DNA of 64,000 bases from Bacteroidales bacterium UBA5235 (GTDB lineage: Bacteria > Bacteroidota > Bacteroidia > Bacteroidales > VadinHA17), in NCBI GenBank assembly GCA_002409145.1, contig DHUL01000037.1:49325-113324 (forward strand), in the 5' to 3' direction. A program made the translations under genes and the position numbers. Below the pieces are notes generated by a model. The model was not told the DNA's origin, made no database searches, and saw only the letters and a program-made list of their open reading frames with translations. Below are positions 17,818-27,753 of the stretch, in pieces; the first letter of the stretch is position 1, and each line of letters starts with the position of its first letter.

Positions 17818-18159
17818 GTCAGTCCGTGTTAGTTCCTGTAGTCCCAGATACAGGTGTATTATATAGGGGAAGCGTGGGACAATAGTATTCCTTTCGGGAC
17901 AGCCGGTACTTCCGTGTTTTAATTAACTGGTCCGGGCTCAGCTCATGTTATGTTATTTCCCGGTTGCACGAACTAACAACCAGGAAATGGAATGAACAGC
18001 CTTTATAACCGTTAACTGAATGCGGAATTTCACCTGCCGGTTATCCGGTAAAGGTTATTAACTAACGCTCCCGTTTGACAAATAACAGGTTAAATGTAAA
18101 AAAATAATACATTAAGTCAGCCATTTATTACCTTTAGTCGTTCAAAATAATCTGCTTAC

Positions 18160-19119
18160 ATGAAAAAGTCTGTAAAATATCTGCCGCGGGAGAAACAAGA
18201 AGACCTGAAATATATTGTTAGCATGATTCTGGAGAGAATCCCTCGTACTGAAATGATAATACTGTACGGCAGTTACGCCACCGGGAAGTATGTTGAATAC
18301 GACACTCGTGTTGAATTCGGTGTTCGTACCACCTATATGAGTGATTATGATATACTTGTCGTGACGAGTGGTGAAAAGGATAAGGAAGTCGGTCAGAAAC
18401 TTGATAATATCGAAGCTATTTACTATAAAAATCATAGCATTAGCGATATTCTTTACGTAGGTGAAACCGGCAGTATGGAAGTGATATCCGGCAGGTCCTC
18501 AGACAGGCAAACACCGGTACAGTTCATTAATGAAGACATCAGGAAATTGAACAGGGATCTGTCGGATGGCAGGTATTTTTATACCCAGATTAAAGAAGAG
18601 GGTATTCTGTTGTACAACAGTGGTAAACATAAACTCGAAAGACGCCGGAAACTGCGTTTTGATGAGATTGCTAAACAGGCTGCGGAGTATTTTGAAGAGA
18701 AATTCAACAGGGCTTCTGTATTTATAAAACATGCCAGGTATGCATTTAAGGATAAAGACTATGGGATGGCATCTTTTTTTCTCCACCAGACAATTGAAAA
18801 CCTGTTTTACGCCGTGAGGTTGGTTTACACCCTGGAAAACAATAAGATGCATAATCTGATAAAACTGCTGGCATCGGTAAGGAAGTACTCGGGTGAGTTT
18901 GAGAAACTATTCTTCCCGGAAAAAACAGAAGATGAGAAAAGGTTGTTTAACCTTGTAAAGGCTGCATATGTCGAAGCCCGTTATAATCCGGATTTTGTGG
19001 TGACAAAAGCTGATGCAGAGTATCTGATCTCTGTGGCAGAAAGGCTTTTTAAACTTGTTGATGAGCTTTGTCACATAAGGATCAGCGAGTATGAGAAATC
19101 GGCGTCTTCTGCAGCCTGA
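18160..19119 (+). CDS. fused nucleotidyltransferase (MNT-like) and HEPN domain protein
   Basis: 319 aa. NTase motif ILYGSYATGKY...SDYDILVV. C-terminal HEPN-type helices (FFLHQTIENLFYAV, KMHNLIKLL, AYVEARYNPDF). Confidence 0.75.
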   Translation: MKKSVKYLPREKQEDLKYIVSMILERIPRTEMIILYGSYATGKYVEYDTRVEFGVRTTYMSDYDILVVTSGEKDKEVGQKLDNIEAIYYKNHSISDILYVGETGSMEVISGRSSDRQTPVQFINEDIRKLNRDLSDGRYFYTQIKEEGILLYNSGKHKLERRRKLRFDEIAKQAAEYFEEKFNRASVFIKHARYAFKDKDYGMASFFLHQTIENLFYAVRLVYTLENNKMHNLIKLLASVRKYSGEFEKLFFPEKTEDEKRLFNLVKAAYVEARYNPDFVVTKADAEYLISVAERLFKLVDELCHIRISEYEKSASSAA

Positions 19120-19138
19120 AGATCCAGTGTAATAAAAA

Positions 19139-19158
19139 GAGGGCCCCGAAAGGCCCTC
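19139..19158. terminator. bidirectional rho-independent terminator between convergent genes
   Basis: 7-bp GC-rich stem gagggcc/ggccctc with loop ccgaaa. An A-run precedes it, which gives the U-run for the minus-strand hppA transcript. Confidence 0.6.
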
Positions 19159-19182
19159 CTGAGTTCTATATAGTCTTAGTTG

Positions 19183-21477
19183 TCATCCCATTATGCTCCA
19201 CATGACCGTAAGGCCGGCGAGCACCACTGAAACCATTGACATCAGCTTGATGAGGATGTTGAGAGCCGGACCGGAGGTATCCTTGAACGGATCGCCTACA
19301 GTATCACCAACTACACCTGCCTTATGGCACTCGCTCCCCTTGCCGCCGAAGTTGCCTTTCTCAATGAATTTTTTCGCGTTGTCCCATGCACCGCCTGCAT
19401 TGTTCAGCATGCTGGCCAGGGTGAATCCGGCAGTCATGCCACCCACAAGAAGGCCTACAACACCCGGGACACCAAGCAATATGCCGGTTAAAGTCGGAAC
19501 GGCTATTGCCAGAAGTGACGGGAACAACATCTCACGCTGAGCGCCCTTTGTAGATATGGCAACGCACTTTGCATATTCTGGTTTGCCTGTTCCTTCCATT
19601 ATACCTGGTATTTCACGGAACTGGCGCCTGACCTCGTCGACCATACTTCCTGCAGCACGCCCGACAGCCTTCATTGAGAGTGCGCTGAAAAGGAATGCCA
19701 TCATGGCACCGATGAAGATTCCGCCCAGGAGAAGCGGGTTAAGAACCGACAGGTTATATGCATTTACAAAGTCCATAATGCCGGCGTTGCTGACCATCAC
19801 CGCAGACATGCCGTCAGGAACATTTACAGGAACATGGCTCTTGTAGAAAAGCACGTCACCTATCTGTTTGAATCCCTCAGGGGCGCTGTCGGCTGTTCTG
19901 CCGAGCCAGAGCCTTACCTCTTCAATATAGGCAGCCACAAGGGCCATGGCGGTGAGAGCAGCTGATCCGATTGCAAATCCCTTGCCTGTTGCAGCTGTGG
20001 TGTTGCCCAGTGCATCAAGGGCATCAGTACGCTCGCGTACCTCCTTGGGCAGATGAGACATCTCTGCGTTTCCGCCTGCGTTGTCGGCAATGGGGCCGAA
20101 GGCATCAGTAGCAAGCGTGATACCAAGAGTTGAAAGCATACCCACAGCCGCGAAACCAATACCATATACTCCGTTTGCGAAGCTGGTGAAACCGCCTGCA
20201 AACCCGTAAGCAGCTATAATGGCAGCGGCAATAACAAGAACCGGCACCCATGATGACATCATACCAACTGCCATGCCTTCAATAATGGTCGTTGCCGGAC
20301 CCTGCTGAGTCTGTTTTGCAATTCCCTTCGTTGGTTTGTATTCGTCTGATGTAAAGTACTCTGTTGACTGTCCGATTATAACCCCTGCGGCAAGCCCTGC
20401 CACCACAGCACCAAACACACCCCATGAAATCCAGCCAAGAAATGCCAGCAGGGCTACAGCCACCAGGATCAGCGCAGAACTGCCTCCTGTGCCAAGCAAC
20501 AATGCATTCAACAGGTTTTTCTGCGTGGCCTGTTCCTTTGTCCGGACCATATAGACGCCCGCGATGGACAGCAATATTCCTACCGCGGCAACGATCATCG
20601 GTGAGATGATTGCCTTGATCTGGTCATTGGCGCTTAATAAGGGCAATGCTGCGCCAAGAGCAGCAGTGGACAGGATTGATCCTGCATACGATTCATAAAG
20701 GTCGGCTCCCATACCTGCCACGTCTCCCACATTATCACCAACGTTGTCAGCTATTGTAGCCGGGTTACGCGGGTCATCCTCGGGGATGCCGGCTTCAACC
20801 TTACCAACCAGGTCAGCGCCCACATCAGCAGCCTTTGTGAAGATACCGCCGCCCACGCGGGCAAAGAGAGCCTGTGTAGAGGCACCCATACCAAATGTAA
20901 GCATGGTTGCGGTCATCTCAATCATTTTTGTATGCTGATCTGTTCCGGGCTGAACAAATGTCAGTCCGAGCCATTTCCACCCTTCAACCATATTCTCCGG
21001 CGTAAAAACAAGGTAATTAAGAATGAGGAACCAGAGGACAATATCGAGCAGGCCGAAGCCAACCACAACGAGTCCCATCACAGCACCGCTCCGGAAGGCA
21101 ATCTTAAGTCCCCTGTTCAGCGAAACTGATGCTCCCTGGGCAGTCCTTGAAGATGCCATGGTTGCTGTCTTCATCCCGAGGTAGCCACATAAACCGGAGA
21201 AGAAACCACCGGTAAGAAACGCAATAGGTACAAATGGGTTCTGAACACCCAGATATGCCAGAATCAGTAGCAGTACCACAAGGATCATAAACACCTTGAA
21301 TACCACACTGTACTGGCGTTTCAGATAAGCCATTGCGCCTTCACTGACGTATCCGGCAATCTCCTGCATCCTGTCGTTGCCGGCAGGAGCCTTAATCATA
21401 CCCCTGTAGAAAATCCATGCAAATAGCAAGGCAAGCACCGCTGCAATGGGCGCTATCCAAAAAAGACCTTCAATCAT
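19183..21477 (-). CDS. hppA: membrane-bound ion-translocating pyrophosphatase (K+-dependent type by the GNTTAA motif)
   Basis: Track ORF 19183..21699 carries a 74-aa non-homologous N-extension that overlaps the next gene. ATG at 21477 gives MIEGLFWIAPIAAVLALLFAW... Motifs: KAADVGADLVGKVE, DNVGDNVGD, GNTTAATGKGFAIGSAAL, DTVGDPFKD. Confidence 0.93.
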   Translation of the reverse strand: MIEGLFWIAPIAAVLALLFAWIFYRGMIKAPAGNDRMQEIAGYVSEGAMAYLKRQYSVVFKVFMILVVLLLILAYLGVQNPFVPIAFLTGGFFSGLCGYLGMKTATMASSRTAQGASVSLNRGLKIAFRSGAVMGLVVVGFGLLDIVLWFLILNYLVFTPENMVEGWKWLGLTFVQPGTDQHTKMIEMTATMLTFGMGASTQALFARVGGGIFTKAADVGADLVGKVEAGIPEDDPRNPATIADNVGDNVGDVAGMGADLYESYAGSILSTAALGAALPLLSANDQIKAIISPMIVAAVGILLSIAGVYMVRTKEQATQKNLLNALLLGTGGSSALILVAVALLAFLGWISWGVFGAVVAGLAAGVIIGQSTEYFTSDEYKPTKGIAKQTQQGPATTIIEGMAVGMMSSWVPVLVIAAAIIAAYGFAGGFTSFANGVYGIGFAAVGMLSTLGITLATDAFGPIADNAGGNAEMSHLPKEVRERTDALDALGNTTAATGKGFAIGSAALTAMALVAAYIEEVRLWLGRTADSAPEGFKQIGDVLFYKSHVPVNVPDGMSAVMVSNAGIMDFVNAYNLSVLNPLLLGGIFIGAMMAFLFSALSMKAVGRAAGSMVDEVRRQFREIPGIMEGTGKPEYAKCVAISTKGAQREMLFPSLLAIAVPTLTGILLGVPGVVGLLVGGMTAGFTLASMLNNAGGAWDNAKKFIEKGNFGGKGSECHKAGVVGDTVGDPFKDTSGPALNILIKLMSMVSVVLAGLTVMWSIMG

Positions 21478-21506
21478 AACCTGACTTTTTTTTAAGATTT
21501 GAGTTA

Positions 21507-21514
21507 CAAAACTA
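21507..21514 (-). promoter_or_regulatory. candidate -7 promoter box TAGTTTTG
   Basis: Exact TAnnTTTG match (rc of caaaacta), 30 nt upstream of the hppA ATG. Confidence 0.3.
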
Positions 21515-21553
21515 ATCAGATTTTTAAAACTACCTAACCAAAGCCGGTAGTAA

Positions 21554-23965
21554 TCATTTTTTGTTTTTAACGTACTTATCAAGCCATCTGAGGTACTCCC
21601 AGTGCATGTGGAGGAGCGATTCGCGGGCCGAGTATCCGTGAGCTTCATGTGGCAGCAGTACCAGCCTGGTAACAGCCCCGGCTCCCTTGAGTGCCGCATA
21701 GTACCTTTCGCTCTGTATGGGGAAGGTCCCCTGGTTGTCGTCAGCCATACCGTGGATCAGCAGCAGGGGATCCTTAACCTTTGTGGCATGGGTGAAGGGT
21801 GACATCTGAAGATATAATTCAGGATCCTCCCAGAAGCTGCGGCGCTCGCTCTGGAACCCGAACGGTGTAAGTGAACGGTTATAAGCACCGCTGCGGGCAA
21901 TGCCTGCTGCAAAGAGCCTCGAGTGCGACAGCAGGTGTGCGGTCATGAATGCGCCATACGAATGACCGCTGACAGCAACCCGCCCAGGATCGGTGACACC
22001 CATCTCAACAGCCTTGCTGATTGCTGCCTCAGCATTGGCAACAAGCTGTTCCACGAAGGTGTCATTGGGTTCTTTACCATCCGCACCCACTATGGGGAAA
22101 CTGGCGTCATTAAGCACGGCATATCCCTGGGTTACATAAACGAGCACCGATGAAGCGCTGATGCGTGTGAAGGTATATGGAGAACCGCTCACCTGACCTG
22201 CCATCGACGGATCATTGTATTCACGCGGATACGCCCACAGGATAGTGGGAAGCGGACCGTCCTTGGTCCTGTCATATCCGGCCGGGAGGTAAAGGGTGAA
22301 TGAGAGATCCACACCATCCTTACGCTTGTAGGTGACCAGTTCCTTGTGCACACCTGCCATCTGCGGATAAGGATTCTCAAATTTCGTTACCTGCTTCAGG
22401 GTTCCCTTCTTCAGGTCACGTATGAAATAATTCGGCACTTCAGAGACAGACTGTCTCACGGTAAGAAGAAGACCGCGGGCCGGATCAATAAACTCATTTA
22501 CCGTCTCAAAGTACGGTGCCTCGGAGCGCCACAGCCTGGTTGTCCTGCCTGTCTTCAGATCATATTTGTCCATGAACGGCCTGTCACCTTCGGGTGATGC
22601 CCCGGGGCCCGACAGATACAGGCTCCTGCCCCTGTCTGTGGTCAGCAATACTGACCTGCCCCATATATTGGGCACCGTCACCGGGAAGCCGGGGTTGTTG
22701 TACCTGTCGTCAGAGTTGAGCTCCCATAGTTTTTTCAGAGTGGTCTTCGGACTGGCAGGACTGAAAGTTGATGTAACCCTGACACGTGATTTTGACAACC
22801 CCTCTGTAAGGACAGCAAGGTTTTCATCGCCCCAGGTTATTCCCTGAAAGCGTTTCTCCGTGGCAATGAAAGGCTCCGGTTCACCGGTAAATGGTGCCTC
22901 GAGGATGAATACCTGGTCATGATACTTCATCTCCCTTGCGTGGTAGTCGCCTCCGTCAAGAGCCTCCACCCACATCAGTGATGCCGGCCTGTCACTGCGC
23001 CAGTTGTATCCCCTGGGGCCGGGTATGACAACATCATAGCCCCTGGGCAGGTTTTCCCGGAGGGGAGCCTCAAGCAAAAGTCTTACCATCCTGCCATTAA
23101 GGTCCCATATCTCGGTCCTTGACGGGAAAAAGTAATAAGGAACCACGTACGAGAATGGCCTGCCGGTAACGGAAACGAGTAACCATTGTCCATCAGGTGA
23201 GGGCGAGACATCATTAATCATTCCCTTGCTGCCCAGAGTGGTCGCTGACATGCCATCCCACCTGACCAGTTCCGAAGTGGCATAATATTCAAAAATCTTT
23301 TCGTCATCAACTGTCTGGAGGAGGTCCTGGTATGTGCGCGACTCTCCCCTGACACCATCACTTTCCTGTACTGAAGGGCCCGCGGGCACCGCGGAAGCCT
23401 CCGGGGCTTTCCCCCTGTTGCTCAGCGTACGGAGGTATATCAGTGATCCGTCAGGCAGCCATGTCACATTCCTGCGAAGAACGCCGTTAAGTCCTTCATC
23501 GATTTTTCGTGCCGTCATCGTTGCAGCATCGGCAATCCATAGTTCAATTGTATTGTCAGTGGTGTTGGTGAAGGCAAACCTTTTACTGTCAGGTGACCAT
23601 GCTACCCCACCCACGCTGGCTTCAGCCGGAAGATCTTTAAGATCAACAGGCTGCGTACCGTCAATCTTCATTGCCGAAATCCGGCTGATCCCCTGTCCGC
23701 GACTCGGACCATTGGTAGAAGGATTGAACCTGATTCCGGCCAGGCGCAGTTCAGTTTGTGAAAGGTCGGCAATGGTCGGTAATCCAGGGCGGTATAACAA
23801 GAGCATCGTCTGGTTGTCAGGGCTGAGATTCACAGATGGAGTCTGCGGGGCATCCAGTAGTGAGACAATAGCTTCAGGCGGAATCTGGTAACCGGATTTG
23901 TCCTGTGCACTGATCAGCATGGCTGAAACGGCAAGGATGGCAGAGATGAGAATTTTACGCATCAT
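21554..23965 (-). CDS. S9 family serine peptidase (beta-propeller plus prolyl-oligopeptidase-type catalytic domain)
   Basis: 803 aa with a signal peptide. Nucleophile elbow SGHSYGAFM. Asp in IHGMADDN and His in PHEAHGY. Confidence 0.85.
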   Translation of the reverse strand: MMRKILISAILAVSAMLISAQDKSGYQIPPEAIVSLLDAPQTPSVNLSPDNQTMLLLYRPGLPTIADLSQTELRLAGIRFNPSTNGPSRGQGISRISAMKIDGTQPVDLKDLPAEASVGGVAWSPDSKRFAFTNTTDNTIELWIADAATMTARKIDEGLNGVLRRNVTWLPDGSLIYLRTLSNRGKAPEASAVPAGPSVQESDGVRGESRTYQDLLQTVDDEKIFEYYATSELVRWDGMSATTLGSKGMINDVSPSPDGQWLLVSVTGRPFSYVVPYYFFPSRTEIWDLNGRMVRLLLEAPLRENLPRGYDVVIPGPRGYNWRSDRPASLMWVEALDGGDYHAREMKYHDQVFILEAPFTGEPEPFIATEKRFQGITWGDENLAVLTEGLSKSRVRVTSTFSPASPKTTLKKLWELNSDDRYNNPGFPVTVPNIWGRSVLLTTDRGRSLYLSGPGASPEGDRPFMDKYDLKTGRTTRLWRSEAPYFETVNEFIDPARGLLLTVRQSVSEVPNYFIRDLKKGTLKQVTKFENPYPQMAGVHKELVTYKRKDGVDLSFTLYLPAGYDRTKDGPLPTILWAYPREYNDPSMAGQVSGSPYTFTRISASSVLVYVTQGYAVLNDASFPIVGADGKEPNDTFVEQLVANAEAAISKAVEMGVTDPGRVAVSGHSYGAFMTAHLLSHSRLFAAGIARSGAYNRSLTPFGFQSERRSFWEDPELYLQMSPFTHATKVKDPLLLIHGMADDNQGTFPIQSERYYAALKGAGAVTRLVLLPHEAHGYSARESLLHMHWEYLRWLDKYVKNKK

Positions 23966-23987
23966 AAAAGTTCATTTAGATCTGTCT

Positions 23988-23995
23988 CAAATTTA
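23988..23995 (-). promoter_or_regulatory. candidate -7 promoter box TAAATTTG
   Basis: Exact TAnnTTTG match (rc of caaattta), 23 nt upstream of the S9 peptidase ATG. Confidence 0.3.
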
Positions 23996-24065
23996 TACTT
24001 CTGAAATCAGGCAGAAAAACTAAATAAGAGCTATTATTGTTTTTTAACTTTATCAAAAACTGACA

Positions 24066-24662
24066 ATGACCGTTCATCATAAGGAAATGAAGAGTGAATT
24101 CGGAACCGACCTGGCCAGTGCTCTGAAGGTTCTCAGAGCCGGAGGGGTTATACTTTATCCAACTGACACTGTCTGGGGGCTGGGCTGTGATGCCACAAAC
24201 GCGAAAGCTGTACAACGGATCTATGAGATCAAACAGAGGGCTGAGAACAAGAGTCTGATAATCCTTGTCAACTCCGTTGCGATGCTTGAGAGGTATGTTG
24301 AAAACCCGCCTGAGGTGGCCATAGAGATGGCAGAGCTCTCGGAGAAGCCGATGACGGTGGTTTATGACAGGGGAAGGAACCTGGCTGAAGGGGTTGCCTC
24401 TGCCGACGGGTCCGTGGGGGTGCGGGTTTGCGCTGAACCGTTCTGCGATGCGCTCATTGAAGCTTTTCGGAAACCTCTGGTCTCCACCTCGGCAAATATA
24501 AGCGGAAGCAGTTCTCCTTCCATATTCGATGAGATAAGTGAGGAGATGAAATCTGCTGTAGATTATATATGCCTCTGGAGACAGGATGACCGAAGCAGGG
24601 CCACACCCTCTTCGGTCATCAAAATATCCGGAAACGGTATTGTAAAAATTCTCCGCGGATGA
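24066..24662 (+). CDS. tsaC: L-threonylcarbamoyladenylate synthase (YrdC/TsaC family)
   Basis: 198 aa. Motifs GGVILYPTDTVWGLGCDATN and STSANISG. Confidence 0.85.
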   Translation: MTVHHKEMKSEFGTDLASALKVLRAGGVILYPTDTVWGLGCDATNAKAVQRIYEIKQRAENKSLIILVNSVAMLERYVENPPEVAIEMAELSEKPMTVVYDRGRNLAEGVASADGSVGVRVCAEPFCDALIEAFRKPLVSTSANISGSSSPSIFDEISEEMKSAVDYICLWRQDDRSRATPSSVIKISGNGIVKILRG

Positions 24663-25358
24663 TTACTTCATCCGCACCTTGCCTGACCCGGATACAGAGG
24701 CATCAATCTTCGGATTGCCCGAATAATAGATATCGCCACTTCCCGAGATAGAGGCTCTCAGCATTTCAGTCACATGGCAGTCGCAACTGCCGCTGCCGGA
24801 AATCCTGGCATCCAGGGCTTCAATCCTGGTGCCATCCCCCATATAGTCACCGGAACCTGAGATTGATAATTCAAGTTTCCTGATGGTGCCGTTTCCGGCG
24901 AGGTTAAGACTGCCTGATCCGGATATGGCGCACTCGACTTCCCCAAGTGCCACATCACGGAGAATTGCCTTACCGCTACCGCTGATGGCCACATCGAGCT
25001 CATTCCCCCTGAGAGGATCGTTTACCGTTAACCTCCCTGAGCCCGAAACGCTTATACCATCAAGGGCAGGCATAGTGATTCTTACAATAACCTTTTTGTT
25101 CCCGGAATCAAACCATTTATCCCGTTTGATTCTCAGCTCATCGCCGTTAACTTCGGTAATGATCTCATTGATGTAATTCCTGTCACCTTCCAGTTCAACA
25201 CTGTAATCCTTTCCGATGCTGATCAGAACTTCGCCTGAGACGGCGAATGCCACTTCGTCGAAGCCTGACACCTGTCTCTTTTCTGTATAAGCTGTCTGAG
25301 CAAGTGAAGACTGAACGGCGAATATCGTTAAGAATGAGAAAATCAGGAATTTTTTCAT
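24663..25358 (-). CDS. secreted DUF2807 / head-GIN-domain-like beta-helix protein
   Basis: 231 aa with a signal peptide. Repeated ISGSGS/VSGSGK strands roughly every 20 aa. Confidence 0.6.
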   Translation of the reverse strand: MKKFLIFSFLTIFAVQSSLAQTAYTEKRQVSGFDEVAFAVSGEVLISIGKDYSVELEGDRNYINEIITEVNGDELRIKRDKWFDSGNKKVIVRITMPALDGISVSGSGRLTVNDPLRGNELDVAISGSGKAILRDVALGEVECAISGSGSLNLAGNGTIRKLELSISGSGDYMGDGTRIEALDARISGSGSCDCHVTEMLRASISGSGDIYYSGNPKIDASVSGSGKVRMK

Positions 25359-25443
25359 AGCTGCTCCGTTTTATTTGATTATAACATAAAGACGGGGCAG
25401 GATGTTCTTCGCTGCACAATGAATCAAAAAAGGAGTGGAGAGG

Positions 25444-25938
25444 TCAGTTGTTAAGATTTACGAGACCTTCCGGAAGTGCCATCCTGATTGCCTTGTGGCT
25501 GTGGTCAACTGAGATGATCAGGTCAGGGTGGATGGGTATGTATACCTCCCGGCCTTTAATGATGGCTACGGCAATAACCTGGCCGGGGTTCCGGATCAGA
25601 TCATTTATTATACCTGACAATCCGGTTGTTGCATCTGTAAGTGTGAATCCCTTCAGTGCCATGAGGTCATCACCTGGCTCACCGGCGCCTTCAGAAAGCA
25701 CTTCGCACCCCCGCAGATGTACAACGGATTCTGCAGTAGGATAATCGTCAAATGAGATGATCAGTGTATCAGGGGCAGGCGAAAACGCCTCCCGTGTAAA
25801 AAAGGGAACCGGTATTCCGTCTGTCACGACGAATACCGGTTCTCCCTGTTCCGGTTCCCCTGCAATGCCCGTCTGGCTCTTCACCACCACGGCTCCATCG
25901 AAGCCATAGGTTTTTATTATTCTGCCAATCGATCTCAT
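25444..25938 (-). CDS. rimM: 16S rRNA processing protein RimM
   Basis: 164 aa. IGRIIKTYGFDGAVVVKS, then a PRC-barrel-like C-terminus. Lies directly downstream of rpsP. Confidence 0.85.
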   Translation of the reverse strand: MRSIGRIIKTYGFDGAVVVKSQTGIAGEPEQGEPVFVVTDGIPVPFFTREAFSPAPDTLIISFDDYPTAESVVHLRGCEVLSEGAGEPGDDLMALKGFTLTDATTGLSGIINDLIRNPGQVIAVAIIKGREVYIPIHPDLIISVDHSHKAIRMALPEGLVNLNN

Positions 25939-25964
25939 TATCAGGCGGCAGGGGAATGATGACT

Positions 25965-26582
25965 TTATTCGGTCTTTTCAGCAGTATCCTCCTGAGCTTC
26001 GGCTGCGGGAGCCTCATCCTCTGCCTGTGCTGAAGCCTCTCCGGCTGCAGTTTCGGCAACGGCCTCTTCAGGAGCCTCGGCTGCTGCGGCGGCTTTTGCT
26101 GCTGCCTCAGCCTCAGCGGCGAGAGCTGCAGCCTTCTTGGCGAGTTCTTCTGCCCTGGCTTCCTTGATAGCCTTCTCAGCTTCAAGTTTCTTCTTGCGCA
26201 GTTCTTCGCCCTTCTTCTCGAGACCTGATTTCTTAAGCTCGATCTTTTCTTCCTTGCCTTTCAGCCATTCATTAAACCGGCGGTCGGCTTCTGCTTCGTC
26301 AAAAGCGCCCTTCTTTACTCCCTCGAGGAGATGTTTCTTCATCATGACACCCTTGTACTTCAGGATTGCCCTGCATGTGTCCGTAGGTTGCGCGCCGTTC
26401 TGCAGCCATCCCAGTGCCTTCTCGAAGTTGATGTCGATCGTTGCCGGGTCAGTGATCGGATTGTAAATTCCGATCTTCTCAATGAATCTGCCATCACGTG
26501 GCGACCTGCTATCTGCTACCACCACGTGGTAGTAGGCCTGCTTCTTGCGGCCTTTCCTAGCTAATCTGATTTTTACTGACAT
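25965..26582 (-). CDS. rpsP: 30S ribosomal protein S16 with a long Ala/Glu/Lys-rich C-terminal extension
   Basis: [42 protein letters not shown], followed by about 110 aa of low-complexity tail. Confidence 0.92.
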   Translation of the reverse strand: MSVKIRLARKGRKKQAYYHVVVADSRSPRDGRFIEKIGIYNPITDPATIDINFEKALGWLQNGAQPTDTCRAILKYKGVMMKKHLLEGVKKGAFDEAEADRRFNEWLKGKEEKIELKKSGLEKKGEELRKKKLEAEKAIKEARAEELAKKAAALAAEAEAAAKAAAAAEAPEEAVAETAAGEASAQAEDEAPAAEAQEDTAEKTE

Positions 26583-26798
26583 TTAAAGAATTAATTTGTT
26601 GTTACTCTTTTTAAACGAGGGTGCAAATATACAAGTAAATTTTTTACCTGCCGACGTTTATGTACATTAAAATTCACCTCACACAGTCTGATTATGGTTT
26701 TTGAGCGCTGTTTTCGCCTGGCTGTTAAATCCGTTACTATATAGTTACCTGCGGGCCAGCCGGCGCCGGAAATTGTTATTCTGAAAGTTCACAAGAAA

Positions 26799-26821
26799 AG
26801 GGTGTCCTTGCGAGACACCCT
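26799..26821 (-). terminator. rho-independent terminator after the SusC/SusD/lipoprotein operon
   Basis: Stem agggtgtc/gacaccct with a 7-nt loop. Followed on the minus strand by tttcttgtg. Confidence 0.55.
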
Positions 26822-26845
26822 CTGATAATTGTTCGTCAGATATTA

Positions 26846-27736
26846 TTAACGTATTGTCCAGGTTGTATTAAACACATCCCAGCAATATACGTAGTCATCA
26901 AGAACGATTGCCATCCTGTTAATCTGGATCACTCCGTTGTCAGTGAATGTGCCTGTCATGCTGATTCCCTTTGCTTCATCAAGGAATGAGGCATCAGTAT
27001 AATTACCGGCATCCCTGATTATATCATCCGTAGCATAATAGACTGATCCGGCAAACGGGCCACCATAGGCCTCATAAATATTACCAAGGTCCTGACCTGA
27101 CTCTATTGTGACAATCTTGTCGTCCATATTGAATTTAAGAATCACAGCTTCGGTTCCAAATGAAATACCGGTAGCCTTCAGTTCAAGCTGATTATCTCCT
27201 TCAACTGTGGTTACAGTCCATAATTCATCATTGATTCCGGGCACGAAAGTACTGATTGCCTCCACATCATAAGTTCCTATCCATGTTGTGAGGGGATGTT
27301 CATCCTCCAGTATTGTCACCAGGATTGAATTTTGTGCAGCAACCGGGTAATTTTTGCTGTTACCTGCAATTGATACTTTAAACTGTTTATTGCCTGTGAA
27401 TTTATCATCATTGGCTGGTATTACAGACACTGATGCAGTACCAACAGGAAGGTTGATATTCTTTGTTGACAGTGTAAAGTCGGTGCCTTCCACTGCAGGA
27501 TTATCAATGCCGTCAACGGAAACCTGCAGTGTGACATCGGTAGCCTCGGTACCGGTGACACCGCCGAGATATATTGTAAATTCTCCTTCGGCATCCTCAT
27601 TCAACGTGAGGACGGCTGTGTTCAAGCCGACAATGATGTTTGATTCATCATATATTACCGGATAGCTATCGTCGCAGGAAGTCATCATAAGGATGGCTAC
27701 TCCGAAAATGAACAATTTTGAAAATATCTTTTTCAT
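26846..27736 (-). CDS. surface lipoprotein with a Calx-beta-like segment, third gene of the SusC/D operon
   Basis: 296 aa. Lipobox ILMMTSCDD. AVEGTDFTLSTKNINLPVGTASVSVIPANDDKFTGNKQFKVSI. Confidence 0.55.
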   Translation of the reverse strand: MKKIFSKLFIFGVAILMMTSCDDSYPVIYDESNIIVGLNTAVLTLNEDAEGEFTIYLGGVTGTEATDVTLQVSVDGIDNPAVEGTDFTLSTKNINLPVGTASVSVIPANDDKFTGNKQFKVSIAGNSKNYPVAAQNSILVTILEDEHPLTTWIGTYDVEAISTFVPGINDELWTVTTVEGDNQLELKATGISFGTEAVILKFNMDDKIVTIESGQDLGNIYEAYGGPFAGSVYYATDDIIRDAGNYTDASFLDEAKGISMTGTFTDNGVIQINRMAIVLDDYVYCWDVFNTTWTIR

Positions 27737-27753
27737 CTCTTTCTGGTTTAGAG

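Noticed and set aside
21478-21699. 74-aa N-terminal extension of the pyrophosphatase ORF in the track
   Set aside because: The extension overlaps the 3' end of the S9 peptidase gene and has no resemblance to the enzyme. The internal ATG at 21477 gives the typical MIEGLFWIAP start and has a TAnnTTTG box 30 nt upstream.
25769-26185. 138-aa Pro/Gln/Arg-rich minus-strand ORF
   Set aside because: It is an alternative frame of the repetitive Ala/Glu/Lys tail of rpsP and the rimM start. It is a compositional artefact.
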